Source: an uncultured Anaerolineales bacterium (GTDB lineage: Bacteria > Chloroflexota > Anaerolineae > B4-G1). Taken from it: a stretch of DNA of 64,000 bases. The notes under the pieces were generated by a model that made no database searches, was not told the DNA's origin, and saw only the letters and a program-made list of their open reading frames with translations. How positions within the stretch are numbered: position 1 is the first letter of the stretch; the number at the start of each line of letters is the position of its first letter. Shown in pieces: positions 28,706 to 38,502 of the stretch. Position numbers and translations under genes: made by a program. The stretch is taken from contig CAZNRX010000002.1 of assembly GCA_964575455.1 (NCBI GenBank), positions 35,539 through 99,538 of the forward strand, given 5' to 3'.

Positions 28706-29779
28706 CTAACCGCTCTCGGGCGTTCTACGCCAGTGGAGCCAGCGCATGGCCGCCAGGACCCGCGGCACGATGGCTCTGTAGAGATCATACCCCGCGCTGG
28801 ACGTGGGATAGTCCCAGGCGCCGATGTGCTCCACGAACTCTCCCCCGAAGCCCTTCTTGAATCGATAGACGCCCCACAAGGGATCCGATTCATCCAGTTC
28901 ATCCGGGGCGCCCCACATATCGTAGACGGTGCAGCCGCGTTCCTTGGCCCACTGCATCGCTTCCCACTGCAGCAGATTGTTGGGCATCTTGTCGCGGTGG
29001 TCGATCAAGGAGGCACCATACATGTAGATCGCACGTCTTCCAAAGCGATAGACGATCACCATGGCCACCGGCTGCTCCTCCACCTCGGCGATCAAAGGCT
29101 GGGCCAGGCCCTCCTCTATGAAGGAGCCCCAGGCATCGTGGTAGTAGGCCTCCGGGCGGATGACGAAGCCGGCCCGGTTGGCCGTCTCCTGGTACATATC
29201 GTAGAGCAGCGACAGGTCGTCGCGGGTTCCCTGGCGCACGGTGACGCCCTTGCGCTTCGCCAGGCGTACGTTGTAGCGCCACTTTGACTTCATGCCCATC
29301 AGGAGATCGTCCAGATCAGGTCTCAGGTCGAGCAGAACTGTGTTCTGGAACTGGATATCCTCTTCCGAACGGCGCCATCCACGGCGACGGAGGCAGGCCA
29401 GGACATCCTGTCCCTCGGGCGCGACAGGCTCCACGTCCGGGTCGATCTTCACGAAGAGTGCGCGCTCCCGTCGCGCTGTCCTCTCCAGCCCGCCCAGGAC
29501 GCGGTTGAGGAGCGCTTCGTCCGTGTAGTCGAGGAGAGGGCCTTTTGGAATGTACATCACGCGGATCGGCAGATAGCTCACACGACGTGTGAGCAACGAG
29601 GCAGCTGCCTGAGGTTCGCCTGCCTCTTGATCTACCCACAGGTAGCGCGAAGGATCCCACCCATGGCGCGACTTGAACGCGCCCCATTCCCAGGTCTGGA
29701 GGAGGTGTGGGGCGGGTAACTTGAGCAACGCCCGGTTCCAGGTTGTCTGGGTCGTTGGCTGCTTCACCTGCAAATTCAC
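28706..29779 (-). CDS. FemAB/FemX-like peptidoglycan bridge aminoacyltransferase
   Basis: HLLQTWEWGAFK, YIPKGP, MKSKWRYNVRLA, YMYGAS, YDMWG, GVYRFKKGFGG; GTG start overlapping the upstream stop. Confidence 0.88.
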   Translation of the reverse strand: MNLQVKQPTTQTTWNRALLKLPAPHLLQTWEWGAFKSRHGWDPSRYLWVDQEAGEPQAAASLLTRRVSYLPIRVMYIPKGPLLDYTDEALLNRVLGGLERTARRERALFVKIDPDVEPVAPEGQDVLACLRRRGWRRSEEDIQFQNTVLLDLRPDLDDLLMGMKSKWRYNVRLAKRKGVTVRQGTRDDLSLLYDMYQETANRAGFVIRPEAYYHDAWGSFIEEGLAQPLIAEVEEQPVAMVIVYRFGRRAIYMYGASLIDHRDKMPNNLLQWEAMQWAKERGCTVYDMWGAPDELDESDPLWGVYRFKKGFGGEFVEHIGAWDYPTSSAGYDLYRAIVPRVLAAMRWLHWRRTPESG

Positions 29780-30840
29780 GACTCGGTGTCCCTCAGTCGG
29801 CGTCGAAGGATGAGGGCGCCCCTGTAGAGTTGGTAGCGAAGGGGCGCGTAGACGCGATCCCACGTTCCGATGGTGCGCACCAGCTTGCCACCGAAGCCTC
29901 GCTTGAAGCGGTAGACGCCCCAGAGCCCGTCGCTTCGTTCGGTGAACTGATCCTCCAGCGTCTCTCGGTCTTCATCCGGGACGCCCCACATATCGTAGGT
30001 CTTGCAGCCGCGGGACTTCGCCCAGCGCATGGCCTCCCATTGGAGCAGATAGGTGGGCATCTTCTCGCGGTGCGCGCTGGTGGAAGCGCCGTAGAAGTAC
30101 CAGGATCGAGGAGGGAGCGTGAAGACCATCAGCCCGGCGACCGCCTGGCCGTCCACCTCGGCCAGGAGGACCCCTGCCCAGTCGCGAGGGGCGAACAGCT
30201 GATAGGCGGTCTCGTAGTAGGCTGGGGGATGAATGCCGAAATCGGCCCGCTCGGCAGTGGCGGTCAGCATGTGGTTGAAGGTCGAGACGTCGTCGGCCCC
30301 GCCCTCCCGCACGACGACGCCCTTCCGCCCGGCCAGGCGGATGTTGTAGCGGGTTTTCGACTTCATCGCCATTAGGATGTCGTCCTCGTCCGCCGTCACG
30401 TCGACGACGAGCGTGCGCCGCGGCTGAATGGCGCTGAACGGAGCGGGGCGAAAGCGAAGCGAGCGAAGCCGTCTTCGGCGGGCCGGCTCGTCCATCCTGT
30501 TGGGCTCGATGGTGACGGCGACGGCTCGCCGCGACCGAGTTATCTGATCGACGGCGGCCAGGAGCAGCTCCGTCTCCTCCTGGCTGGACCAATCGACCAG
30601 CGGGCCCTTCGGTATATAGGCTAACTGCCCAAGGCCAGCAGGGAGGGGGCGAAACAGGATCTGGGCTCCAGCGATGAGGTCGCCGCCTTGCATCAGTCCC
30701 ACGCGGGCGTGGGACCACCCAAACTGCGCCTTGAGGGCCCCCCAGGGGCTTGTCTGTAGGACATGACCGTCGGGGCGCTCGGCGACGAAGCGGTCCCAGA
30801 GGTCGGGTTGGACAGAAAGGACGGGCTTTAACGTGGTGAT
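29776..30840 (-). CDS. FemAB/FemX-like aminoacyltransferase; start codon non-canonical or frameshifted
   Basis: Reading frame stays open upstream of the track start (30702) through WDRFV...GHVLQTSPWGALKAQFGW; MKSKTRYNIRLA and GVYRFKRGFGG. Confidence 0.8.
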   Translation of the reverse strand: MTTLKPVLSVQPDLWDRFVAERPDGHVLQTSPWGALKAQFGWSHARVGLMQGGDLIAGAQILFRPLPAGLGQLAYIPKGPLVDWSSQEETELLLAAVDQITRSRRAVAVTIEPNRMDEPARRRRLRSLRFRPAPFSAIQPRRTLVVDVTADEDDILMAMKSKTRYNIRLAGRKGVVVREGGADDVSTFNHMLTATAERADFGIHPPAYYETAYQLFAPRDWAGVLLAEVDGQAVAGLMVFTLPPRSWYFYGASTSAHREKMPTYLLQWEAMRWAKSRGCKTYDMWGVPDEDRETLEDQFTERSDGLWGVYRFKRGFGGKLVRTIGTWDRVYAPLRYQLYRGALILRRRLRDTES

Positions 30841-30870
30841 CGTGGCATCTCCTTCGGTGATTACGTCTGA

Positions 30871-31740
30871 CTATCGGTGAGCTACGATGAGCAGGCCACC
30901 GCCTTTGCTACCCGGCTTCACGTCCATCTCGTAGTAGGGCCGCCATCGTTGGCTGAGGCGCTTCACGACGAGCCGGCGCAGGAGCGGCTGGACTCCCAGA
31001 GGGCGGAGGCGAGGCGAGACGAGCAAGCGCCACAGGATCGTAGGCCACGTCGGGAGTAGACGCCATTCTGAGGAGAGTCGTTGACCCACCCCGTAGCGGG
31101 CGTTCATACGGTCCCAGAGGCGTTCTACCTCCTCAGGCATGTAGTACCTGGCTTCCAGCAGCGTCAGCCCAGCCCTGGACAACAGCTCTTGCCATTCGTC
31201 GGGTGTGTGATAGTGGTGATGTTCGAGACGCTGGTCGACGCTCAGGGCGTACGCTTCGGCGCCCTGCGGGTCACCCACTGCCATCCGCCTGTGGTAACCA
31301 TCCAGCATGTGTCGGAAGGCATCGGACGGCACAGTGAAGATGAGACGTCCTCCGGGCCTGAGGACGCGTCCTACCTCGTGCAGCACGGGCTCAAGGTCGG
31401 CAATGTGCTCCAGGACCGAGTTGCTGAAGATGGTGGCGAAGCTGCCCTCGGGGTAGGGGAGCGCCCGACCATCCGCTTGATCGACGTGTCGGTAGATGTC
31501 CGCAGCTGCCGCCTCGCGCAGCTGACCCGCCCATGGATCAAGTCCAACGTCCACCGTCCCCGAGGTCCGAAACAGGATCCGCCCGATCATCCCGTCGCCA
31601 CAGCCGAGGTCGAGGAGCGGTCGCTCTGACCTCCGGCAGGGCTCGGACGCGGCCCTGAGCTCGACCGCGCGCCAGAGGGCTACCGGTGGGGCGAACCAAT
31701 AGGCCGACAGCAGCTCAACAAGGTAATCTCGGGTCATCAT
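30871..31740 (-). CDS. Class I SAM-dependent methyltransferase
   Basis: LLDLGCGDG, VGLD, ADGRALPY, FSNSVLEH, LRPGG. Confidence 0.88.
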   Translation of the reverse strand: MMTRDYLVELLSAYWFAPPVALWRAVELRAASEPCRRSERPLLDLGCGDGMIGRILFRTSGTVDVGLDPWAGQLREAAAADIYRHVDQADGRALPYPEGSFATIFSNSVLEHIADLEPVLHEVGRVLRPGGRLIFTVPSDAFRHMLDGYHRRMAVGDPQGAEAYALSVDQRLEHHHYHTPDEWQELLSRAGLTLLEARYYMPEEVERLWDRMNARYGVGQRLSSEWRLLPTWPTILWRLLVSPRLRPLGVQPLLRRLVVKRLSQRWRPYYEMDVKPGSKGGGLLIVAHR

Positions 31741-31753
31741 TGCGTGAGAGGAC

Positions 31754-31782
31754 AGTATACCGCAGGCGAGGCATCGTGTCAA
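31754..31782 (-). promoter_or_regulatory. Sigma70-type promoter TTGACA-17-TATACT
   Basis: Reverse complement of TGTCAA (31777-31782) and AGTATA (31754-31759). Confidence 0.72.
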
Positions 31783-31804
31783 AGGTGGGAACTTATGGTA
31801 GAAT
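31776..31804 (+). promoter_or_regulatory. Putative promoter GTGTCA-17-TAGAAT with extended -10 TG
   Basis: Sits just upstream of the epimerase SD; overlaps the opposite-strand -35. Confidence 0.5.
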
Positions 31805-31822
31805 AGCGCGAGAGGAGGTTCT

Positions 31823-32749
31823 ATGCGTTTTCTCATCACTGGCGGCGCCGGGTTTCTTGGCGCCGCGCTTTCCAATCGGCTGTGTCGCGAGGGGCATCAG
31901 GTGCGGGTCATCGATGATCTGAGCGCTGGCGATCCGGGTCGGCTCGACGAAGCTGTGCTCTTTACCCGGGGTGATGTCGCCGATCGCCCCAAGCTCTGGA
32001 CGCTGCTTCAGGACGTGGATTGTGTCTATCACCTGGCGGCGCGCGTGCTGGTGAGCGAGTCGATTCTCTATCCTCGTCAGTACAATGAGGTCAACGTGGG
32101 GGGGACGGTGAGCGTGATGGAGGCGATGCGGGATGCTGGCGTGCAGCGTGTGGTGCTCACGTCCTCCGGCGCGGTCTACGGCGAGCAGGCGGAGCAGCCG
32201 GTGCGGGAGGACCAACAGCCCAATCCTCAGTCCCCCTACGCCGTGAGCAAGCTGGCGGCGGAGTATTACGTGCGCACGATCGGCGCGCTCTGGGGGCTGG
32301 AGACGGTGATTCTGCGAGTGTTCAACGCGTATGGCCCTGGTCAGCGGCTGCCTCCATCCCATCCTCCGGTTGTGCCGCGCTTCCTGCAGCAGGCTCAGCA
32401 GGGGGGATCGTTGGTCATCTTTGGCGGTGGGGGGCAGACGCGCGACTTCGTTTACGTGGATGATGTGGTCGAGGCGCTTATGGCGGCCTCAAGCGCCTCC
32501 AACGTGGACCGGCGCATCATCAACGTGGGCAGCGGTCACGAGACGACGATCAATGATCTGGCCGCTCTGGTGGCCGAGGTGGTGGAGGCGGAGACGGAGG
32601 TGCTCCATAGCCCGGCCCAGAGCGGGGGGGTGGCCCGGCTCTGCGCCGACATCGCAGCCGCACGGCGCTTGCTGGGGTATGAGCCTCAGGTCGATCTGCC
32701 CGATGGGCTCCGTCTCACGTTGGAACGAGACCCTCGGTTCCAGGAGTAG
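31823..32749 (+). CDS. NAD-dependent epimerase/dehydratase (GalE-like extended SDR)
   Basis: ITGGAGFLG, HLAA, SSGAVYG, YAVSK, RDFVYVDD. Confidence 0.9.
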   Translation: MRFLITGGAGFLGAALSNRLCREGHQVRVIDDLSAGDPGRLDEAVLFTRGDVADRPKLWTLLQDVDCVYHLAARVLVSESILYPRQYNEVNVGGTVSVMEAMRDAGVQRVVLTSSGAVYGEQAEQPVREDQQPNPQSPYAVSKLAAEYYVRTIGALWGLETVILRVFNAYGPGQRLPPSHPPVVPRFLQQAQQGGSLVIFGGGGQTRDFVYVDDVVEALMAASSASNVDRRIINVGSGHETTINDLAALVAEVVEAETEVLHSPAQSGGVARLCADIAAARRLLGYEPQVDLPDGLRLTLERDPRFQE

Positions 32750-32755
32750 GCAGGG

Positions 32756-33394
32756 ATGGCCACTCTCCCTACGCGTCTGAAACGAGCCTTCTTCGCCCGA
32801 GACACGCTGACCGTGGCGCGAGACCTCTTGGGAAGGCGGTTGGTGCGAGTGTTGGAGGGTGAGCGGGTTTCGGGCAGGATCGTTGAGACCGAGGCCTACA
32901 TCGGGGAGGAGGACGAGGCCTCACACGCCAGCCCAGGCCCCACGGAGCGCAACGCCTCGATGTACAAGCGGCCAGGATACGCTTACGTCTATCTGATCTA
33001 CGGGATGTACCACTGCTTCAACGTGGTGACCGAGCGCGAGGGCTTCCCGGCGGCGGTGCTGATTCGGGCTTTGGAGCCGCTGGAGGGTCTGGACGGGATG
33101 CGCGAGCGGCGTGACCGGGTGGAGGCAGGCGGCACGAGGAGCAGGGAGGACCTCAGGAAGCTGACGGGTGGGCCGGGGCGGCTCTGCCAGGCGTTAGCCA
33201 TTGACCGACGCCACGACGGCGCCGATCTCTGTGCGGCAGAGACCTCGCGCCAGACGCTGTTCCTGGAGGTGGGCGAGCGCGTTCCCGACGCTGCCGTGGT
33301 CACCAGTCCGCGGATCAACGTGCGCGGTGACGACGTTGCCGTAAGCGCTCCGTGGCGATTCTATGTGGAGGGGAATCCCTGTGTCTCGCGCTGA
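32756..33394 (+). CDS. DNA-3-methyladenine glycosylase (MPG/AAG family)
   Basis: GRIVETEAY, ASH, YVYLIYGMYHCFNVV, AAVLIRALEP, GPGRLCQAL. Confidence 0.92.
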   Translation: MATLPTRLKRAFFARDTLTVARDLLGRRLVRVLEGERVSGRIVETEAYIGEEDEASHASPGPTERNASMYKRPGYAYVYLIYGMYHCFNVVTEREGFPAAVLIRALEPLEGLDGMRERRDRVEAGGTRSREDLRKLTGGPGRLCQALAIDRRHDGADLCAAETSRQTLFLEVGERVPDAAVVTSPRINVRGDDVAVSAPWRFYVEGNPCVSR

Positions 33395-33485
33395 TGATGA
33401 ATGACCAGCGCTTGCGATTTGACCCTGGCGAGAATGATAAAGCCCTTGTCGCGTCACCACTATGGTTTCCCGATTGCATGTCCCA

Positions 33486-33494
33486 TGATATAAT
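33486..33494 (+). promoter_or_regulatory. Extended -10 element TGATATAAT
   Basis: TGnTATAAT about 30 bp upstream of the minC GTG. Confidence 0.55.
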
Positions 33495-33522
33495 ACCTTC
33501 GACCGTGGAGAGGCAGGGGCGT

Positions 33523-34227
33523 GTGAATTCAAATCGAATCAGCATCAAAGGTATTCGGCAGGGTCTGCTTGTCACCCTCGGCGGCGGTGACTGGGGGCGG
33601 GTGCTGGATGCATTGGAGGCTCACCTCGGTGAGAATCCTGCCTTCTTTCGCGGCGGCCGCCTCGCTTTGGACGTAGGGGACCGGGCGTTGACCCACACTC
33701 AGATCGGAGATGTGCGCGCCATGGTGGCGCGCCATCAGGTTGAGATGTGGGCTCTGGTGAGCACGAACGCTGTCACCCGGGCGGCGGCGCGAGAGTCGGG
33801 TTTGGTGATCGATCTTGGCGGGAGTGACGTTTACTCCTCACCCGAGCTTGGGCGCGTGGCCGAGGGCGCTAAGCGCGAAGGGCACGAAAGAGCCCGCGGC
33901 GAGACGGTGATGATCCGCCGCACGCTTCGTTCTGGTCAGACGCTGCGGCATCCCGGCCATATCGTGATCATAGGCGACGTCAACCCGGGCGCGGAGGTCG
34001 TGGCCGGAGGGGACATCTTGGTGTGGGGAAGGGCGCGTGGACTGGTGCACGCTGGAGCCCTGGGCGACGAGAATGCTGTCATCTGTGCCCTTGATCTGGC
34101 TCCTACGCAGCTTCGCATTGGGGGTCGCATTGCGCGCTCGCCCGAGGATCGGCCGGCCCAACCTATGCCCGAGAAGGCCTCGGTGCGTGATGGGCAGATC
34201 GTGGCGATCCCGTGGCCTGGTGAATGA
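33523..34227 (+). CDS. minC: Septum site-determining protein MinC
   Basis: ISIKGIRQGL, RTLRSGQ, GDVNPGAEVVAGGDILVWGRARGLVHAG. Confidence 0.92.
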   Translation: MNSNRISIKGIRQGLLVTLGGGDWGRVLDALEAHLGENPAFFRGGRLALDVGDRALTHTQIGDVRAMVARHQVEMWALVSTNAVTRAAARESGLVIDLGGSDVYSSPELGRVAEGAKREGHERARGETVMIRRTLRSGQTLRHPGHIVIIGDVNPGAEVVAGGDILVWGRARGLVHAGALGDENAVICALDLAPTQLRIGGRIARSPEDRPAQPMPEKASVRDGQIVAIPWPGE

Positions 34228-34336
34228 GGCTCAGTAGATCCAAGATTGCTCCAATGTAATCGCCAGATGCATGGAGCACATTGGGTCTAATGAGACTGGG
34301 CGGAGGAGAGGTCGTTAGGCTTTCAAGGGGGAGGAA

Positions 34337-35221
34337 ATGGACACGGAACCACACGAGAGGCACGAAACAGAAGCGAGAGTGGTGACGGTCACGTCTGGCA
34401 AGGGAGGGGTCGGCAAGACGACCCTTACGGCCAACCTGGGCGCCGCTTTGGCCATGAGGGGACAGCGGGTCGTCGTGGTCGACGCTGACGTCGGCCTCCG
34501 GAATCTGGACGTGATGCTGGGGCTTGAGAATCGTATCGTCTACGATCTGGTGGACGTGATTGAGGAGCGGTGCCGTTTGCGGCAGGGCCTCGTGCGGCAT
34601 AAGCATCTCTCGGGGCTCTTCCTCCTCCCTGCGGCGCAGACCCATGACAAGACCGCCGTCCAGGTGGATGATATGGTTCGCATTTGCAAACAGCTGCGGG
34701 AGCAGGGGGATAGACGCTCCCCCTTCGACGTCATCTTGATCGACTCGCCCGCAGGGATCGAGCGGGGCTTCCGCTATGCATTGGCACCGGCGAATGAAGT
34801 CCTGATCGTCACCAATCCGGAGGTCCCTGCCGCGCGCGATGCTGATCGCGTCATTGGCCTGATCGAGGCGGAGGAGAAGGGGCCGGCCCGCTTGGTCATC
34901 AATCGGGTCAAGCCAAAGATGGTGGAGCGAGGCGAGATGCTCAGCATCGCCGATGTGGTCGAACTGTTGGCGATAGAGTTGATCGGTGTCGTACCGGAGG
35001 ATCAGGAGATCCTGATCTCTGCAAACCGTGGCCAGCCCTTGGCTATGTCGGCCAATAGCGGCAGTGGACGGCACTCCTTGGCGGGTCATGCTTTCCACAA
35101 CATTGCTCGGCGCATGCTGGGCGAGGAGGTGCCGTTTCAGCCACTTCGGCAACCGGGCATGTTTGAGCGGTTCTTGCGCTTTGTTAGTCCGGGAGGAGTT
35201 GATCAGGATGGGATTGCTTAA
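34337..35221 (+). CDS. minD: Septum site-determining ATPase MinD
   Basis: TSGKGGVGKTT, DADVGLRNLD, IDSPAGIE, C-terminal amphipathic GMFERFLRF. Confidence 0.95.
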   Translation: MDTEPHERHETEARVVTVTSGKGGVGKTTLTANLGAALAMRGQRVVVVDADVGLRNLDVMLGLENRIVYDLVDVIEERCRLRQGLVRHKHLSGLFLLPAAQTHDKTAVQVDDMVRICKQLREQGDRRSPFDVILIDSPAGIERGFRYALAPANEVLIVTNPEVPAARDADRVIGLIEAEEKGPARLVINRVKPKMVERGEMLSIADVVELLAIELIGVVPEDQEILISANRGQPLAMSANSGSGRHSLAGHAFHNIARRMLGEEVPFQPLRQPGMFERFLRFVSPGGVDQDGIA

Positions 35222-35525
35222 GCGTTTGTTGGGACGCCGCGAGCCGTCCAGTAGGAGGGTGGCAAAGGAGCGCCTACGCCTCGTGCTGACGCAAGATCGA
35301 GCTGGCATCTCGCCAGCATTGCTGGACACGCTGAAGGACGAGATCATCATGGTCATCTCTCGCCACGTCGATGTCGACGTTGACGGCGTTCAGGTGACGG
35401 TCACCCAGAGCAACCGTGAATCGAGCCTCGTCGCCGATATTCCGCTGACGGATCGGGGGAGTAGAAGCCGCTCCCAGGGTGCAGGGTCGGTGCGATCTTC
35501 GAAGGACAGGCAGTCACGCCCGTGA
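35208..35525 (+). CDS. minE: Cell division topological specificity factor MinE
   Basis: VAKERLRLVLTQDR, LKDEIIMVISRHV, LVADIP; ATG at 35208. Confidence 0.9.
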   Translation: MGLLKRLLGRREPSSRRVAKERLRLVLTQDRAGISPALLDTLKDEIIMVISRHVDVDVDGVQVTVTQSNRESSLVADIPLTDRGSRSRSQGAGSVRSSKDRQSRP

Positions 35526-36706
35526 TTGAACTGCGGCTCTGGCGACACTTCGACTACGTTCTGCTCATCACTGTCGTGCTGCTCACCGCCTTCGGGGTGG
35601 TGATGATCTACAGCGCCAACCTTGGGAGCCTCGATCCGCGTCTGCAGGATCTGTGGCGGCGTCAGGCGATCTTTGGAGCGGTGGGTATTGGGTTGATCCT
35701 CCTGTTGGCCTCGTTTCCCAGGGATTTTCATTGGCTGGGTGACTTCTGGTGGCTGATCTATCTGGTGGCTCTGGCTTTGCTCGTGCTGGTGCTCTTCTTT
35801 GGGCGGAGCGAGATAGGTCGTGTGCGCAGCTGGTTCGATCTGGGCTTCGTGCGGTTTCAGCCCTCCTTCCTGGCGATGAACTTGCTAGCGCTTTCGGTGG
35901 GGGCTGTCCTCAGTCGTCAGCGAAAGCAGCGTTCATCCTCCATGCCGCTCTTTGGAGCGCCCAAGACGAGCTTGGCCGCCGCGTTGTCGGAGGGGGTTGG
36001 GCTGGCCAACTACGTTGCCTCTCTTGCAATGACGCTCGTGCTGGCAGCCCTGGTCTTCGGGCAGCCGGACATGGGAACGGCCGCCGTGTTGGTTGCGATG
36101 TGGTTGGCGATGGTGTTCGAATCCGATCTTGGCGTGCGCTATCTCGTTGTGACCGCTCTCGTCGGACTGGGGGCTGCGTACCCCATCTGGAAGGTGATGG
36201 AAGCCCTCGATTTCGGGTATATGCAGGAGCGAATCCTGGGCTTCATCGACCCCAGCAGTAACCCCGATGTCGCGTATCAGCTGCAGCAGGCGGCGATCGC
36301 CATTGGTTCGGGTGGGATGTGGGGCAAGGGGCTCGCTCAGGGTACGCAGAGCCAGTTGCGCTATCTGCCGGTGCGTCATACGGACTTCATCTTCGCCGTC
36401 ATCGCTGAGGAGTTGGGCTTCGCCGGCGTGATGGTCCTGTTTCTGCTCTACCTTGTCCTCTTCTACCGCTTGCTGCGCATCGTCTTTATCGCTTCGGATG
36501 CCTTTGGACGGATGATCGCGACGGGAACGCTGGCGATGATTCTGTTCCAGGCGGTGGTCAATATTGGCATGAATCTGAGGCTATTGCCGGTGGCGGGTCT
36601 ACCGCTGCCCTTCATCAGCTACGGGCCGGCGGCTCTGTTGACCACGATGATTGGTATTGGATTGTCTGAAAACGTGGTCATGCGTCATCGGAAGCTGGAG
36701 TTCTAA
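35522..36706 (+). CDS. rodA: SEDS family peptidoglycan polymerase RodA/FtsW
   Basis: [34 protein letters not shown]; follows minE. Confidence 0.82.
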   Translation: MIELRLWRHFDYVLLITVVLLTAFGVVMIYSANLGSLDPRLQDLWRRQAIFGAVGIGLILLLASFPRDFHWLGDFWWLIYLVALALLVLVLFFGRSEIGRVRSWFDLGFVRFQPSFLAMNLLALSVGAVLSRQRKQRSSSMPLFGAPKTSLAAALSEGVGLANYVASLAMTLVLAALVFGQPDMGTAAVLVAMWLAMVFESDLGVRYLVVTALVGLGAAYPIWKVMEALDFGYMQERILGFIDPSSNPDVAYQLQQAAIAIGSGGMWGKGLAQGTQSQLRYLPVRHTDFIFAVIAEELGFAGVMVLFLLYLVLFYRLLRIVFIASDAFGRMIATGTLAMILFQAVVNIGMNLRLLPVAGLPLPFISYGPAALLTTMIGIGLSENVVMRHRKLEF

Positions 36707-36777
36707 GCAACGGGGCGGCGCTCCGGCTGTTCGAGCCTGTCACTGCGAGCCGCACTACGAGCGAAGGAGTTTCAAGT

Positions 36778-38490
36778 ATGGCGAACGAGGAGAGATCTGA
36801 TTTTATCCGCGATATCGTCGAGCGGGACATTGAGGAGGGGGTGTTCGACGGGCCGGTTCACACCCGTTTTCCCCCGGAGCCGAACGGCTACCTTCATGTC
36901 GGACACGCGAAGGCGATCTCCATCAACTTTGGCGTGGCCGAGGCGTTCGATGGGCTCTGCAATCTGCGGATGGACGACACTGATCCCACCAAGGAGGAAT
37001 GGGAGTACGTCGAGGCTGTCAAGAGGGACATCCGTTGGCTCGGCTTCGATTGGGAGGACCGTTTCTTCTTCGCCTCGGATTACTTCGAGCAGCTCTATGA
37101 CTGGGCTGTTGAGCTGATCAAGAAGGGGAAGGCCTACGTCGACGATCTGAGCGCGGAGCAGATCTCGGCCTACCGTGGCGACTTCACCACACTGGGCCGC
37201 GAGAGCCCATACCGAGACCGATCGGTCGAGGAGAACTTGGAGCTGTTCAAGCGCATGCGCGCCGGTGAGTATGAGGAGGGCGAGCGCGTCCTTCGGGCGA
37301 AGATCGATATGTCGTCGCCCAACATGAACATGCGCGATCCGGTGATGTACCGCATCCTGTATGAGACGCACTATAAGCAGGGTGACGACTGGTGTATCTA
37401 TCCGACCTACGACTGGACGCACGGCCAGTCGGATTCGATTGAGGGGATCACGCACTCGCTCTGTTCTCTTGAGTTCGAGGACCATCGTCCGCTCTATAAT
37501 TGGTTCCTGGAGGCGTTGGGGATCCGCGAACCGGGAGAAAACGGCGTCCCCAAGCAGATTGAGTTCGCGCGGCTCAATTTGAGCCATACGGTGATGAGCA
37601 AGCGGTATCTTCTGCAGTTGGTCGAGGAGGAGCAGGTCGAAGGCTGGGACGATCCGCGCATGCCTACTATCTCCGGTATGCGGAGGCGCGGCTATCCGCC
37701 CAGCGCCATTCGTGCTTTCTTGGATGAGGTCGGCGTGGCAAAATCTGATAGCTTGATCGACATGCACATGTTGGAGCACTTCGTCCGTGATGAGTTGAAC
37801 AGGACCGCTCCTCGCGTGATGGCTGTGATGGATCCGCTCAAGGTGGTCATTGAGAACTACCCGGAGGATCAGGTCGATGTCTTTGAGGTGGATATCAACC
37901 CCGAGGATCCGGACTCCGGGAAGCGGAAGGTGCCGTTCTCCCGCGTGCTCTACATCGAGCGGGGCGACTTCCGCGAGGATCCGCCGAAGAAGTTCCAGCG
38001 TCTGGCGCCGGGCCGGGAGGTGCGGCTCAAGCGGGCCTATCTCATCACCTGCCAGGAGGTGGTGAAGCAGGAAGGGCCTGATGGTGAGGGCGAGGTGGTC
38101 GAGCTCCGCTGCACGTACGATCCGGAGACGAAAGGCGGCGTGGCGCCGGACGGACGGTACGTGCGCACGCTTCATTGGGTCTCCGCCGAGCACGCGCTCG
38201 ACGTCGATGTGCGGCTCTACGACCGGCTCTTCACCAAGGCGGATATGGGCGACATCCCCGACGACAGGTCATTCGCGGACTACCTGAACCCGGATTCGCT
38301 GAAGCTGACCACGGCCAAGGCCGAGCCCAGCCTGGCGGATGCCGAAGCGGGCGAGCGCTTCCAGTTCTATCGCAAGAGCTACGTCTGCGTCGATCCGGAC
38401 TCGACGGAGGAGCGTCTGGTCTTCAACCGCACCGTGCCGTTGCGCAGCACGTGGGCCAAGATCGAGAAGCGGCTCAAGCGACAGAAGTAG
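36778..38490 (+). CDS. glnS: Glutamine--tRNA ligase
   Basis: [48 protein letters not shown]. Confidence 0.93.
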   Translation: MANEERSDFIRDIVERDIEEGVFDGPVHTRFPPEPNGYLHVGHAKAISINFGVAEAFDGLCNLRMDDTDPTKEEWEYVEAVKRDIRWLGFDWEDRFFFASDYFEQLYDWAVELIKKGKAYVDDLSAEQISAYRGDFTTLGRESPYRDRSVEENLELFKRMRAGEYEEGERVLRAKIDMSSPNMNMRDPVMYRILYETHYKQGDDWCIYPTYDWTHGQSDSIEGITHSLCSLEFEDHRPLYNWFLEALGIREPGENGVPKQIEFARLNLSHTVMSKRYLLQLVEEEQVEGWDDPRMPTISGMRRRGYPPSAIRAFLDEVGVAKSDSLIDMHMLEHFVRDELNRTAPRVMAVMDPLKVVIENYPEDQVDVFEVDINPEDPDSGKRKVPFSRVLYIERGDFREDPPKKFQRLAPGREVRLKRAYLITCQEVVKQEGPDGEGEVVELRCTYDPETKGGVAPDGRYVRTLHWVSAEHALDVDVRLYDRLFTKADMGDIPDDRSFADYLNPDSLKLTTAKAEPSLADAEAGERFQFYRKSYVCVDPDSTEERLVFNRTVPLRSTWAKIEKRLKRQK

Positions 38491-38502
38491 GAAGGAGAGA
38501 GT

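Noticed and set aside
33463-33477. TGGTTTCCCGATTGC sigma54-like site upstream of minC
   Set aside because: -24 element lacks CAC; an extended -10 TGnTATAAT explains the promoter better.
36772-38193. Long antisense ORFs (e.g. 473 aa opposite glnS, 451 aa opposite the C25 peptidase, 394 aa opposite gltX)
   Set aside because: Shadow ORFs expected in high-GC coding DNA; no recognisable motifs, and the opposite strand has clear conserved proteins.
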